From the NCBI GenBank assembly GCA_010093815.1, contig ML996571.1: a stretch of 64,000 nt of DNA; one strand, given 5' to 3'. Source of the DNA: Pseudovirgaria hyperparasitica. Taxonomy: Eukaryota. The notes under the pieces are model-generated. The model made no database searches. It saw nothing but the letters and a program-made list of their open reading frames with translations, and was not told the origin of the DNA. Of this stretch, positions 40,280 through 53,706 are shown piece by piece. Within the stretch, counting starts at the first letter, position 1. Each line of letters starts with the position of its first letter. A program made the position numbers and the translations under genes.

Positions 40280-41850
40280 TATATCTGATACTATCAGGGT
40301 AAGAGGACAGTGAGCATAATATCAGACTGTTTTAGCTGCATCGAAAGACCCTCGTCGTCACACTACCTGCTAGTCTAGCCCATTGTCGTTCGTCAACAAT
40401 GTTGCATTGCAAAGAAAGAGCCTCCAAAGTCTGGGCCAAAACCAATACGTTTTGGAGCTCATACGCTACTATTCGTCAGTCTCCGCTCATCACCGAAAAG
40501 ACCCGGCCCAAACCATACCCTTGCTCCAGATTTTACCCCAATCCACTTCATGCCAATAAGTCGTATTCGCTCCCTCTATGCAATCCAAATTCAGTAGCCA
40601 GGACCCACGAAGAAACGCCAAACGCTTTTTTACTAAACACTTTTACCAAATCCCTTTACCAAGCCTTCGAGAGAAGCTCCTCTCCCTCTGTGAGTACTGA
40701 TTGCAATATAGCCAGGTCATCTCGCTGCATGACCTAGGACTCGAAGAGGTGTTTCACTCCCATCCCTTTGCTGAGTCTCTCGCGCGCAACTCTGCCGCTG
40801 ACAATAGTAATCATTAATACACCGGTACATCTCGATTCACATTCAAAAACACGGACTCCCTCAAGTAGGTGGAAGCTTCAAGTGTTCTCATAAGTATATG
40901 ATAAGGGAAGTCCGGTTTAGAAATACCTCATGCCATTGCATCAATCACTGAGGGACATCCGAGACCGAGAAAGCACGAGAATACGCGCAAATTTCCACAT
41001 TACCGATTTAATGATACCAGCATTCGTAGGCAGAAGTCTAGCGTCCCAGCCCTCGAGGCTTGGGCGGCGATCCTGCGGCGCCCGGAGAAAGCGCGGAGTT
41101 GACGCCGCAGCGAGCGGGTGCTGGGACATGGGTTGCGTCTTGCCTCTTTGGGCAATTGGATAGTTGAGCTCGGTGCGTGCTTGAGGTAGGTGACTCCTTT
41201 TCTTTCTCATCCTGCCAATTGGCAGGTGGAGTGTCAGAGTAATCCTTTGTATGCGGGGGGCATTACTGACGATGTCGCACTGCTGCTTGCATCCATGGGA
41301 GCACAGCTGTATTTTGAAGTTGTGGTTGAGGTGCACTGCAGTGGCGCCGTGTAGGAAGCAAGTGTTTCAGTTGTTATGCTGGCAATTCATGGCTGGATGT
41401 TGTATGTTGGCAGAAGCAGATGTCAGTAAAGAACAGCAAGAAAGTAATACGTGGAAATGTGATCTTGTTAGTGACGCCAACGTGTATGACGGTATCTCAT
41501 CTATATGTTCGTGGGCAACTATTGCTCCTCGCAACGTTGCCTCGCGTATACATGATGGAGGAGGCTAGTGGACCAGCTCTGTTATAATAACCACCTTCCC
41601 TCGTGAAGACGTGTGGCTCGTCAACAGTCTTATATTCGCTTTTGGTACTTCCATTTCACTCGCTTCCTTCTTGCAGCGGCGTGAAAATATGCTATAACCA
41701 AGATCGTAATGATATGAGATTGCGTAGTTGATAGTGTCGTAAAGCGTGTAGTCGGAATGGTCGTCGCTGTGTGAACCCTCGACGAATCCCATCGCGAAAC
41801 GCACGAGATTGTATAGTGTGACAATTGTATCCTAGTAGTTCTCGGAATAG

Positions 41851-42555
41851 TCATCTGACCCCGTTACTGCGTCTCTCTCCGCCTTGTCTGCGCTTTCGTA
41901 TTCGAACGCTTTTGACGACCACGGTACCCTCTCGTCTCGCGTCGCCACTTCGGCGATAACGTAGAGGTGAGTTTGGTCGCGCAATGTTCGAATCGCTGCA
42001 CAGGCGAGAACGTACCTGCTCAGATTGGGAAGTGTTATCGGATTCGCTAGCCTCAGATGAGGCGTAAGAAGGTGTGGAAAATGTAGATATTGAAGCAGGT
42101 CGTAAACAATAGCACTGCTCGCCCTGTGAGACCATATCGTCAAGCAAGGCCGACAATTTGGATAAATGTGCAGGAGTGCATTGCAAGCGTGAGTCCCTTT
42201 GCCGTTGGAGCCTGCGGTCGTGGATACAGTGTGCAGTAGAACCACTACTCGTGTGTCTTGTTCCACAAAATTTCAAATCGGCGATGGAATTATCCATCTC
42301 CGGCTGTGAAGATCGAAGACAATCGAAATAAGAGGATGGCATTGCCTGGTCCGTGATATGACAACTGTGCAGACGCTCTTGTAAGTCGACCAAGGGATTT
42401 CTGACTGTCGCCCTGGTAGTGGCAAGTGGCATGTCGAAGTTCTGTGATGGTATTGATGTTGGGGATAGTGCTGGTGAAGTATCGTTAGCCTCAGATTCAA
42501 CGCCCACGTGAGATGGGTATTGCGAGGCTTGATCGAAGGAGAAGTTCTGGAACAT
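41851..42555 (-). CDS. Hypothetical protein (234 aa) with basic C-terminus
   Basis: Single ORF with ATG; MFQNFSFD start, RRLQRQRDSRLQC..HL..L..LL..M segment, VVKSVRIRKRR. Function unknown. Confidence 0.6.
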   Translation of the reverse strand: MFQNFSFDQASQYPSHVGVESEANDTSPALSPTSIPSQNFDMPLATTRATVRNPLVDLQERLHSCHITDQAMPSSYFDCLRSSQPEMDNSIADLKFCGTRHTSSGSTAHCIHDRRLQRQRDSRLQCTPAHLSKLSALLDDMVSQGEQCYCLRPASISTFSTPSYASSEASESDNTSQSEQVRSRLCSDSNIARPNSPLRYRRSGDARREGTVVVKSVRIRKRRQGGERRSNGVR

Positions 42556-44040
42556 AGCTGTAGTCGAGAGATCGATAGTCGTACAGATCCCTTTTAATCG
42601 AGAAGAACGGAAATTGCGATTCGTGCGAGAGGCTGTTTCATACTGAAGCCACCCAAGGGGGGAATTTTGATCTATGAAAACAAAGATTCACTGCGATCCG
42701 TGAGCGGAGCAATGAGCGGACTCTGGGCTATTTACAGCATCTCAGGCCCACAACAACGGGCGAGCAAGTGATGCGTGCAGCGACGATCACCCAAAGTCCA
42801 GGCCTACACCAGTGATCAGATCACACCAGTGGCGTTGCCCGAAGCGCTGGTCGATCAAGCAACTTCATAAGGCAAATGTTATGACAATCCTCAGTCTTCG
42901 CTTGACGCCATGCGAAGCATGCTATTCGTTCACTGATTAAAGACCCCCCGAAGTCTGGCATGAGAGAGTGCCTATTTGTGAGCCAGCAGAGTCCGATCAT
43001 TAAGCCTGAACGAGCTGAGAAATCTTCAGACCTTTCCAGCTAGACATTTAGTTCTAACTTCTAGCCAGCTTCGAGAAGCCACCCAGCGCAATTACTCATT
43101 GGTTTCAAGTACAGATCGATCCGGGCTGGGCTAATACCCGTGAGATCAACCAGTCCGTGAGGCTTTTGTGAGGACTTGTGTGCAGACGGCAGGCTGGGCA
43201 AGGGCACTGCGGCGCATGTCGACGCGAAAACCCATGACGGCGGACAGCACTGCCCTCGCTTAACAAGCGAGGCTGCTGTGATCATGGCCTTGGAAGGCGC
43301 ACTTGTTGGTGTGATGCTGTGACAGCTGTAGAAATATGTGACTGTGCCTCGAAGACTTGCATCCAGGTGACTTCAAGATTTTCATAGCACAGGACACCCA
43401 ACACTTTCGCTGGCACAGCTCTGCGAGAGCCTATCATTATTGCTTGTACCAATACGACGGGCGCGACATTGCTTAGGTTCAAGGGTAGCAATGGCAATCC
43501 GGCGCCTAGAGATCCAAACCGGGTCCTTGTTGTCGGAAAGGTTGGGCATACCTGTTGAACCATCTGCAAGGCTGTAGCTGCATCAAGTAAGCCTTGTGCC
43601 TTTGCACGTACTGTCTGTTGTATGAGGCGAATAAGTTGCGGAGTCTATAGCTGGAGAGAAGTGAAAGGACAGGTTTTTTGCAAAAAGATGGATGATGGAT
43701 GTGGCGCAGCTGTGGCGGTGTGATAGTCCTAGCCACAAGACCCCTCTTGGTGGGTTACAACACCCAATTAATTACGTCAGGCGCAACTGCCGCCCAGCAA
43801 CAAGCAACAGCAACATCGGACTCTTGACGTACCTACCTCAGTTTCGAATTAGGCGCGCTTGGCTTTTGATTTCTCTTCCAAGGCTCTAGGGACGCCGCTC
43901 TTAGACTCTCTCTTCTCACAACTCAAACTGTCTCTTAGTCCTTCATAGAACAACTCTTGTCTTCTCGCAGCGCCTTTCATCAAGTACGAATCCGTGTACC
44001 TCCTCAGACCCTTGGCCTACTCATACCCCACACACAGATC

Positions 44041-45678
44041 ATGGCCCATTACGAGCCCCGCCTCCTCTATTCGATCGAAGGAGTCAAGGCATACCATATT
44101 CAGAATGGAGAAGAACAAGAACTCACGCCCTCGGGGCCACAGACACTCTCCCTCCTGATGGTCCCAACAAACTCCCCATTCGCCGACCTCAGCAGCACTC
44201 TTCCTCAAAATGAAGCTGCTCCTGCCGATGATTTCTACCTCCACCTCAACCTTCCGCCAGAATTGGACATGCCACTGCCAGCTACGACACAAATATATCA
44301 CCAACCACCGCGAAGCTACTTAATTCCACGCTGGGAGCTTGGTCCTGACAATGGCGTCTTCTTGCGCATCGAATTCCCTGCTATAGGAACTGGCACTCAC
44401 AAGGTATCGCAAGAGGATATTGACACTTTCGAAACCATTTTGGCGCAGTGCACAGCTTTTCTTGAGCGTGCCCAGCCACCTTCTGGAAAGAGCACCCCCA
44501 GACCTTACAACCCAGCAGATTATAAGCCAGGGGAGGGCTATGTAACAGCAGGATCATCTTCAAAGCCTGCAAGCCATGGCCAGGTTGTGCTTGTGGACGA
44601 GGAGAATGGAAGCGTTGTTGGTGAATTGACGGAGGGTGATATGATAGTTGATGACTCCAAACTGAAGCCTGGCCGAAAAGGTAATCCAGGAAATATAGCT
44701 TCCCGGTGTACGATGCTAACTCCAAATGTAGATCCTGTCGAGATCCAGATCTCAGAAGATGGTAAGCGCATTGAGGTACGACCCGTGACAGAGGACTACC
44801 TGAACGACTCTCGTCATCCTGCCTATGCCAAGTCAACCTTGGTACAGAACGCGGCTGCTGCTTCGCGTTTAATTGTGACTGGATCCAATTACCTCTCGAG
44901 CGTGATGGTTAATCAAGCAAATACTTTTACGCAAAAGTCCAAGCCGAGCTCAAAGCCAATGTCATTTAAACCCTCAACACACACCAACGCTCGCAAAATC
45001 AACCAATTCACTACCAGTGCTGCTGGTATGTCGGCAAAGACAGTTGGATCAATCTCCAAGGTGATCCAAAACAAAGTCGCTGGCTTGGCTGGACACAAGG
45101 ACCGACCCCACAAAGGTTACGATAAGGATGGAAAACCAGTTGAGGACTACAAGCCTGGTCTTCTGAATAAGTCTATGATGGCGTTCTCTACTGTCGTGGA
45201 TGGCATCGAAGCTGGTGGTCGCAGCCTCCTTGCAAATACGAGTACGGCTGCCAACACCGTCGTCGGTCACAAGTATGGTCCAGAGGCTGGAGATCTCTCT
45301 AACGAGCTTACATCGGGAATAAAGAATGTTGGCCTCGTCTACATTGACGTCGCTGGTGTCTCACGTCGTGCTATAATTAAATCGGTCGCCAAAGGCATGG
45401 TTGTTGGCAAGGTAAGGGGCGGAGGAACGGTAATTGTGGGTGGTGGCAACGGTGGAGATCCCGCACCACTCATCCCCTCAGACTATAAACCACAAGGCGT
45501 CTCAAATAGTGCGAGTGCCGGTGCTACTGCTGGACAGCCAGAGCCAGGCATTATCGGATTTGGTAATGCGGCTCCGTCAGGAGTCAGCTCTGGGGTTGGT
45601 GAGCCTCTAGGATCTGGCGGACTACAAGGCCAGGCATATCCTCCTGGTACTTTCCCACCAGACAAGAAGTACGGATAG
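44041..45678 (+). CDS. Spartin/senescence-domain protein
   Basis: MAHYEPRLLYSIEGVKAYHIQNG..., then C-terminal AASRLIVTGSNY...AFSTVVDGIEAGGRSLL....VVGHKYGPEAG...GIKNVGLVYIDVAGVSRRAIIK, typical of the senescence domain. 51-nt intron at 44681-44731. Confidence 0.85.
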   Translation: MAHYEPRLLYSIEGVKAYHIQNGEEQELTPSGPQTLSLLMVPTNSPFADLSSTLPQNEAAPADDFYLHLNLPPELDMPLPATTQIYHQPPRSYLIPRWELGPDNGVFLRIEFPAIGTGTHKVSQEDIDTFETILAQCTAFLERAQPPSGKSTPRPYNPADYKPGEGYVTAGSSSKPASHGQVVLVDEENGSVVGELTEGDMIVDDSKLKPGRKGNPGNIASRCTMLTPNVDPVEIQISEDGKRIEVRPVTEDYLNDSRHPAYAKSTLVQNAAAASRLIVTGSNYLSSVMVNQANTFTQKSKPSSKPMSFKPSTHTNARKINQFTTSAAGMSAKTVGSISKVIQNKVAGLAGHKDRPHKGYDKDGKPVEDYKPGLLNKSMMAFSTVVDGIEAGGRSLLANTSTAANTVVGHKYGPEAGDLSNELTSGIKNVGLVYIDVAGVSRRAIIKSVAKGMVVGKVRGGGTVIVGGGNGGDPAPLIPSDYKPQGVSNSASAGATAGQPEPGIIGFGNAAPSGVSSGVGEPLGSGGLQGQAYPPGTFPPDKKYG

Positions 45679-46286
45679 GTCGAAAAATATGCATGGCGGG
45701 TACCAGACAAGTACATTGAGACAAGTTCAATTGGACTGAAGCCTGGTTTCTCACGAATAGCTCATTCAACATCAGATGAATGTAGGAGTAAACGAATGAC
45801 ACATCACGGCTCTAGGACCACAGCAGAATATGAAGTAATACGTTTTTGAAACAGTGGAGCATTTCCGTAATGTTATAGAACCCGTAACCCAAATTAATTG
45901 ACATGACATGTGCGAATCGCTTCATTTCATTAACTTCGTCCCGAACCAACAACAACAATAGTTGTGAGAATCATTTCAGTGGCCGTACCCAGAGGACCAT
46001 ACCTCCCTAATCCGCGGGGAAGACTCCAGCCCGACCTCAAAAGAAATGACGTTTGTGATGTCGTCCGTAGACCCATGCATGTGATGAGTATACCCAGTCA
46101 TACCGACAGCTAGTGTCGATAGTACTAGTTCTACAACACTTGTGCGTGCCTGTGTTGTTAGTAGTGTTAGTTGCAGCTGCATCCAGCGTGCGTTAGTTAG
46201 CTTGTCGTCCACCGTGTCTCCAAAGACGTCTTCGTTTTATCTCTCTTGTCGCCGAAACGCAAAATCCGTACTCAATGGAGAGCTTG

Positions 46287-48086
46287 TTACCGAATGGTCA
46301 TCTGCTTCACCATGCTGGCCTTTGAAGATGCACCAGCGTCCCGGGATGTGGTAGCGGCGCCAGGCTTCTTCTCAAAGATCTTCCAGAATTTGAGCGACTC
46401 ATCTGCGGCCGCAGTTGCAAGCATCTGACCGTCTGGGCTCAGGCATGAGTGGAGGACTCTGCTTTCGTGGGCGGGAATTTCGACGTTCTTGACGAGACTG
46501 GGCCAGCTCCAGATGCTAAGGCTGTTATCGGGAAAGCCACCGCTGCTGACAATTTCTTTGTATCCAGTGCTCCATCTTAGGCTGGTAACTTGCGAGCCAG
46601 TATCAATAGAGTTTGTGCGAGCACCAGTAGTCGTGTTCCAGAAGTGAATGTGTCGGTCGTGGGCACCGCCTCCTGTTGCCAGAAGGTTTGATTGCCAGGG
46701 GCACCATGCAAGAGCCTTGACAGCCGCGCGATGGTTGGTTTTGGTGAACTTGGGGGCAGAGAGCGATCGAGCGTCCCAAATGCTGACAAGGTTGTCGTTG
46801 GCACCAGTAGCCAGTTGGGAGCCGTCCGAGCGCCACTCGAGACCACAGACCTCTCCGGTGTGTGACACAAGTTCAGCAACCTTGTGCTGGGCGATGCGAA
46901 CATCGTGATTGTAGACGAGTCCTGAACGTGCACCAGTGGAAAGGATGTGTTTGTTCCATCCCATGACACCAACGCGTGTGTCATGGCCGTACATGCTTCT
47001 CAATTTAGTGCCTTCTTCGACATCCCAAATCTGAACTTCACCCGATCCGAGGCCGACACCAACGTAAGCACCGTCACCGCTCCATTTCACGGACGAGATG
47101 TATGTATCAGCGTTGCATTCTAGAAGAGGAACAACAGATCCAGAGTCAGCCGACCAGACGTACACATTGCGCTCCAGGCCAATGGCAACTTGGTTGCCCG
47201 AAGACCAGTCTAAAAGATTGAGGTAGTAGTCGTCAACAAGACCTGGTGCATCAAGTACACGCTCCGGTGCAGTTGCCACTCGGCGTCTAAATTGGGCTGA
47301 TACGCCAGCCGCAGGCTTGAGAGGTCTGTTATACTGTGATCGCAAGTCGATGGGCTTGGAAGACTCTGGAGGTGCTGGCTTGAAAGCCAGAATGCGAGTG
47401 TTGAGGCTCACACCACAGGCTGAGGCTATCGATGACTGGTATGCCACAGTATCTGGGCCGGGCTTGACATACGACTTCTCGTCCTCATCGTCTCCCAGGC
47501 TGAGGCCCTCGAGTGACAGTGTAGCAGCTTCTTCAGCACCACGTCCGACATCAAAAGCACTAGCAGCGCTGGCGAGGACTGAAGAACCCTCAGCGTTGGA
47601 ACTGGATTTTGGTCTCGATTGCTGGTCGGTCTCCAGCTTTCCGGTACCAACGTTGCAGATAGCCTCACTCGCCGTCCGGTTAGGGATGAATCTATCAGCA
47701 GCGTTGTATGCAATGCGGGTGGTTGTCTTTCCACTTCGAGCACGAGCAAGAACCTCTCTCTTCTTGGATGGTGTTTGCTTCGAGGTGGCAGCAGATGTGC
47801 CTGTTAATGTCCAATCGGAGACCCCTAATTCCAGCCGGCGCGGTGAGTTTGCCTGACGAGCAATGTTTGACTTGGGAGAGTCGCGCGTCTGCTTCGAAAC
47901 CGAGCGTTGGAATCGTGACATCAGGTTGTTGTTACCGTGAATTGAACCTTCTTGTGCATCTACATCGCGAACTTGGCGGCTTGGTGTGCGAGGTGACGGG
48001 GTGAGAGGCATCCGACCGCCAGCGGTACGGGTGGAAAAGATGCCATTTCGGTTCTTTATAGGAGTGAGCACGGCCGGACTAGCCAT
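46287..48086 (-). CDS. CDC20: APC/C activator Cdc20 (Slp1/Fizzy), WD40 repeats
   Basis: C-box DRFIPNR, RILAF, ERVLDAPGLVDDYYLNLLDWS, WD40 repeats, C-terminal IR tail (MTIR). Intronless. Confidence 0.97.
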   Translation of the reverse strand: MASPAVLTPIKNRNGIFSTRTAGGRMPLTPSPRTPSRQVRDVDAQEGSIHGNNNLMSRFQRSVSKQTRDSPKSNIARQANSPRRLELGVSDWTLTGTSAATSKQTPSKKREVLARARSGKTTTRIAYNAADRFIPNRTASEAICNVGTGKLETDQQSRPKSSSNAEGSSVLASAASAFDVGRGAEEAATLSLEGLSLGDDEDEKSYVKPGPDTVAYQSSIASACGVSLNTRILAFKPAPPESSKPIDLRSQYNRPLKPAAGVSAQFRRRVATAPERVLDAPGLVDDYYLNLLDWSSGNQVAIGLERNVYVWSADSGSVVPLLECNADTYISSVKWSGDGAYVGVGLGSGEVQIWDVEEGTKLRSMYGHDTRVGVMGWNKHILSTGARSGLVYNHDVRIAQHKVAELVSHTGEVCGLEWRSDGSQLATGANDNLVSIWDARSLSAPKFTKTNHRAAVKALAWCPWQSNLLATGGGAHDRHIHFWNTTTGARTNSIDTGSQVTSLRWSTGYKEIVSSGGFPDNSLSIWSWPSLVKNVEIPAHESRVLHSCLSPDGQMLATAAADESLKFWKIFEKKPGAATTSRDAGASSKASMVKQMTIR

Positions 48087-48656
48087 GTGTGCGGTGGAAT
48101 CTGTTGGAGTGATTAAAATCAGGCTCTCGAATATGTAGATGCTCGGATTTACAAGTATGATTTTCTTCTTTGCTCTATGTGTTATTGATTAGTATCTTTT
48201 CGCTTGTTAACCAATGTAGTTGTTAAACTTGTAAGGTTGTAGTGATTTGATGAGGTTATGAGCGGTAGAATGGATGATAAGAGGTATGGTTTGTGGGTTG
48301 GGAGTATGGTAAAGGAAAGAAGAAAAAAGTCGGCTTCGCAGCCTACTTTAAGGTGATGTTGATTCGTGCACGGTTGTTGTTGTTGCTACAGCGATATGAG
48401 AGTGGGTGCATCCGGAGCCCGACCTGGGCCTAGCTTTCCGGTAACGCATCAAATTCGGTCGTTTCTCGGCAGATATCAGCCCTACCCAGCTCTACACCAC
48501 CTCGTAACACTTCCTCGAACAGTGTGAAATCTGACTTCAAGTGAGCGAGCAACCGACATCCACGCGAAGAGTCTAATGTTATAAGCACTTTATCTTGTGC
48601 TCTACATGGCCCCCTCATCGTCCTCGCTCGATAGCGTATACCCTCAGTAGTTTTCA

Positions 48657-50979
48657 ATGGATCGTCCACCCACTTCCATCTCTCCATATCCCGCTTCCTC
48701 TGCCACTACGGCCCCCCACCCCCAAGCCCTTTTGGCCTCCCCATCGTCCGCATCGGCGCAGCCCAATACTTCAAATCTCATGTCTATCAGTCCTTCCAGA
48801 GCTCGCAAATCCAGCGATGACACATATCGACCGAAAATCATAACGACAGTTGGTGCTAAACCGGCGTGCCTGGTCAATGCATCCGTGACATACGTTGGTA
48901 ACGACCAGATCTATGCCTTCGGAGGGTTCGACCAGTACACAGACGAAGGTACGAATCTCCCATCACTTCATTTCTGGGACCCGCTCACATGAGGACAGTT
49001 TATAACCACGTCCTCCGCCTAAATCTCGTAACGCGACAATGGAATCTGGTCGATAATTATGGAGATATACCTGGGGTGAGAATGGGTATGGCCACTTATG
49101 AAGATGTATGATCATAAATCTAATTTTCGTAACAGGTCATACAACCACATTATGGAAAGGCGACAAACTGCTTGTGTTCGGCGGCGAGAATGAGCATCGG
49201 TCGTACTTGTTCGATGTCATCATTTTCAACTTGAAGACCGCAACATGGCAGCAACCCGAGTTGAATGGGCCTGCTCCGAAAGGACGAGCTCGCCACTCTG
49301 CTGTCATATATGATGACAAGCTTTTCATAACTGGAGGAATGGCTGGTGAGGAGACTTCGCACGTACTTGATGATATCTGCTATCTTGACCTGAAGACATG
49401 GACTTGGTCAAAGTCCTACAGGTTCGTATCGCGCTATGATCACAGTTCGTGGATCTATAACGGTCGTATCTGGGTGTACGGCGGTATAGGTGAAGATATG
49501 GAACGCACTAGTGAGATCTGGTGGCTAGATCTCGAAGGTACTCCGGCTTACGAAGGTCCACTGAGCTACGGCACGGGTAATAGGTGGATGCTTAGTCCGA
49601 GAGCTCAACGGCATCGGTTCAGCCAAGGCTTGCTTCAGTCTGCTAGTAGCACCACTGGTTACGCAGCAAACTCAAGTAGTGTACAGACTTCAGCTGCTCA
49701 GGTACCCTCGAGGAACTCGACCGTGGCGCCAGGAACCATTTCTTCCCTTCGATTTGTCTCAAGTCCGCATCTCCCAGCGCAGAATGTAGGCACTCATTTC
49801 CATGTTTTTTCGTCCGGCTCTCTCCTGGACTTCGCCACCCCGGCCAGCTTCGTGTCTTCGTATGAGACCAGTCTATCCTCCTTGGACCTTGATACGATGC
49901 GTTGGCAAAAGCTAGCCGATGGCAAAGACCTCTTCAGTCCCAATTATCGCTGGCAATATTGCACCATGAACGAGGATGGCACCCAGGCGTGGTTACTTGG
50001 TTGCCCCACTGACGCCAACACCACTGTTGAAGGTGCAGGAGAGTATCTGAGTGATGTACTTTCTGTTGATCTACGCAAGCTTGGCCTACTCGGAAACAAC
50101 CTGACCATGGAGTCTCGCCTAGATAATCCTAGGATGTCCATTTCTTCGGACTCCAACATTAGATCACATCTGTCGGGCATTGGCGCTGACTTCGCGCGTG
50201 CTTTTGACCAACCGCCCGAGAATGGGTCCTCTGGGGCAGACTTCGTCGTAACTGCAGAACGAGACGACGACTTTGCTGACGATATAACTATGGATGGAGA
50301 TGCGCACAATATCGTGGTTGCTAATCCGTCTAAGCCCATTCATGTCCATCGTTTGATTCTGACTACTCGCTGGCCACATTTCGCGAGACTGTATGCATCC
50401 GGAATGCTCGAATACCAGAACAAAAAGCTACATCTTCCAGAGCCTTATTCCGCTGTTCGCTCCTTCCTCTACTATCTATACACGGATAGTATTGCCACCC
50501 CGCCACCGACACCAGCGAATCCTCAACCTTCGCCTACGCTTGCGGATGTAGCCGGCATGTTAGTCATGTCAAATATCTACGATATGCCAAGACTCAGGCT
50601 GCTTTGCGTAAATCGCTTGGGGAAAGAGTTGGACGTTGAGCACGCGGCGATTATCTGGGAACGTGCTGGAACGGCAAATGAAGAGTGGCTCAGACAACGT
50701 GCTGCGACCTTCTGCATGCTGCACTGGGGAAGGGTAGTACGTACCGAAGGCTTCCGGACCCTAGGTCGCAAAAGCCTGATGGAGCTCTGCGAGGAAACTG
50801 CTGATGCTGAAGGGCGAGTCGTCGGCGGTGATGAGCTGGAAGCTGTTGGGGGATTCGGTGCCAGATTCGGAAGTGAGGGTGGCCATTCACGAAAGCGAAG
50901 CAGCGTTGCCGGCGCCCTAACTGGGGATGAAGCAGATGGTGAGGAAGATGGTGAGGACGAAGGTATGGATGTTAATTGA
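48657..50979 (+). CDS. Kelch-repeat plus BTB domain protein (LZTR1-like architecture)
   Basis: Introns 48949-48998 and 49086-49135. Kelch motifs IYAFGG, GHT..LLVFGG, RARHSA..LFITGG, IWVYGG; BTB ADF...IHVHRLILTTRWPHF...FLYYLYTD...IYDMPRLRLLC. Confidence 0.9.
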
Positions 50980-51425
50980 ACTGGCCAACCTGGTCAATCG
51001 GTGGATTTTTGTATTCATCACCTTACCCCTTTTCACGACTTATTTTATGAGATCATAGATGGTCAATAGCGCGGCGCCTTGGTGGGTTTATGGACAGTTT
51101 GCTTGTCTTGATTGTAAACGGTCAGAATGGGATTTGGGCTGGACCTGGAGGGTGATCGACTAAAATCGAAGCACAAACATGTATACCCAAGAACTGAAAA
51201 CTTAAACGAATTATGAACAATCGTGGCTTGTCATTGACACCTACGTCCACAGCTCAGTTGAACACTTCAAGGGCTGTACCAACCGCCAAGACATGTCGTC
51301 ATTAGTAGCGACAGGAAGCTTTGACATTCAGGTGCTGAGCGAAAGAGCTTCAACCTCGCCCAAATTATTCTTGTCTCCATAACCGCATCACAACGCTTCC
51401 ATTGTCATTCTCTATTCTTTTCACA

Positions 51426-52586
51426 ATGCTCGCAAGACAGATGTTCCGCCCTATACGGACACTACAGAGTGTAAGTTTAGCGATAAGTGCGCGCACCTCC
51501 ACAGGATAGCTGATGCCTCATATCAGCACGTCCGCCGATACGCGACAGAGCCACCAGCCAGAGGTGGGCCGAGCCCTCTTATGTATGCCGGTATAGCTGC
51601 TGTGGGCGGTGCTGGTGCTTGGTACTACCTTACTGGTAATGCGAAAGAGCAGGTCGCGTCAAAGGTCGACGCTGCGAAAAGTCTTGCGGGCGCCGAATCC
51701 AAGAAAACATTTACAGGTGGCGATCAGGGCTTTATCTCTCTGAAGCTCGAATCAGTCGAAAATGTCAACCACAATACCAAGAAATTTCGGTTTCATCTAC
51801 CAGAAGATGATGCCGTCTCAGGCCTCCATGTCGCTTGTCAGTAACTTTAAACCCTATTACTTGGTCGCACTTGACTGATGATCTTCCAGCTGCGCTCCTC
51901 ACCAAGTACAAAGGTCCAGATATGGAAAAGCCGGTTCTTCGACCTTACACCCCGGTGAGCGATGAAGGTCAGTTCTTGTTCAGTCGCAAACCCCAGCATC
52001 TAACATTGGATCAGACCAGAAGGGATACCTCGATCTTCTCGTCAAGAAATACCCAAACGGTCCTATGTCCGAACATATGCACGATATGGAGCCAGGTCAG
52101 CGACTAGACTTCAAGGGACCTCTGCCAAAGTACCCATGGTCGGTTAACAAACACGAGCATATCGTCCTTATCGCGGGAGGGACCGGCATCACGCCAATGT
52201 ACCAGCTCGTAAGAGCCATTTTTAATAATCCTGAAGATAAGACTAGGGTCTCGTTGATATTTGGCAACATTTCTGAGGAGGACATTCTTCTGAAGAAAGA
52301 ATTCGAGCAGCTTGAAAATCAATACCCACGTCGGTTCCGTGGATTTTATGTCCTTGACAAGCCTTCAGAGAATTGGCAGGGCGGCAAGGGCTTCATCACT
52401 AAAGAACTTGTCAAGACTGTCGCACCTGAACCGAAAGAGGGCGACAAGGTCAAGGTCTTCGTTTGCGGTCCGCCAGGTCTTTACAAAGCGCTTAGTGGTA
52501 CTAAGAAGAGCCCATCAGACCAGGGAGAGCTTGACGGAGTCCTCAAGGAACTTGGGTACAGCAAAGATCAGGTATACAAGTTTTAG
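51426..52586 (+). CDS. MCR1: Mitochondrial NADH-cytochrome b5 reductase
   Basis: Four exons. Presequence [21 protein letters not shown], hydrophobic anchor, [32 protein letters not shown]. Confidence 0.95.
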
Positions 52587-53109
52587 AATAAATTGAATGT
52601 ACAAGCTTAAGATGCCAAAGCTGTCTGCCTACGTTATGGCATAATGCATCGACACGTGGACTTCGAATTTGCAAGAGGCTCGAATCATTGGTATACCATT
52701 AGTCATAGTTGTATTGAGGGGTATCTAGAGACTTCCGTGAGACTAGGACAGCGAATGAGAGCTTTCAAGGGTAGAATTAAGCTCGTTAAGAGGAACATGA
52801 AAGGCGCAAGTCTATTGACTCTGTAATGTTCCATGGATACACAGCATGATATGCTGTTACAGCAAGCGGGTCATTAGGAAGAGTCTGAGAGGGAAGTTCT
52901 TCCACTGTGATAGGCTAGTGATAAGATCCTTTGCCTCTTACCTGCATGTAAGTAATAAAGACTTGATCGTCTGACCCAGCCTGACGAATCTGCAGGTCAA
53001 GCTGACTGGTCAAGGCTTTATATATACCGTTATCAGCCGTCTCGATGGGCTGTGCAAAGGAGTTTCTGACACCAGTGACAGGACACTTCGCACTACTCAT
53101 CCATTACAG

Positions 53110-53427
53110 ATGGCACAAGTTTACCTGAAAGCTGTACGAAGGTACATCGATGGGGCAAGGTTGAAAGCTCTCCTGGACGAGAGATTTCCGAAGAAAGACT
53201 ATTCCATCAAGGTACGTAAGCTGAACCGCCGGGCCGGTGTACCGTCCTTTGAACAAGAACTATCTGACTAATATTGTAGATGCGGAACGGCAAGGTCATA
53301 ATCAACACTCCGGAGGAAGTCACAGATGTAGGCACTCTCATGAAGGTCTAGTCACCACCGAGCTAAACGATCATGCCAGGAAGAAATCGATCGGTTTGCA
53401 CGAACGGATCCAACTACGTCCAACTGA
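53110..53427 (+). CDS. Small three-exon protein A (65 aa), unknown family, paralog of 53707-54014
   Basis: Exons 53110-53211, 53280-53327 and 53380-53427, with two phase-0 GT-AG introns of 68 and 52 nt. Product: MAQVYLKAVRRYIDGARLKALLDERFPKKDYSIK|MRNGKVIINTPEEVTD|EEIDRFARTDPTTSN. Confidence 0.8.
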
Positions 53428-53706
53428 CAAAGAAGAAGAGAGAGGGATCACTGCGCCTCCATGTGTCCTTGCTTGATGGGCAAGAATTTGGCGCAAGCGC
53501 CACTGAAAGCTGTTGTATTGATCAAGGGGCCCCCACCCCTGTCCTGGCTGCATGATGCAGCTACTTGGCGCAGTGCCACGATGCGACAGTGTCCTCTTCC
53601 GCTCGGCCACAATCTTACACCAATTTGCTTGTTATAATCTACTTCTTCCCCAGTTGAGAAACGAACATTCTCGCCCCCATACTCCAAAATTTCAGCGTTG
53701 CCCGCC

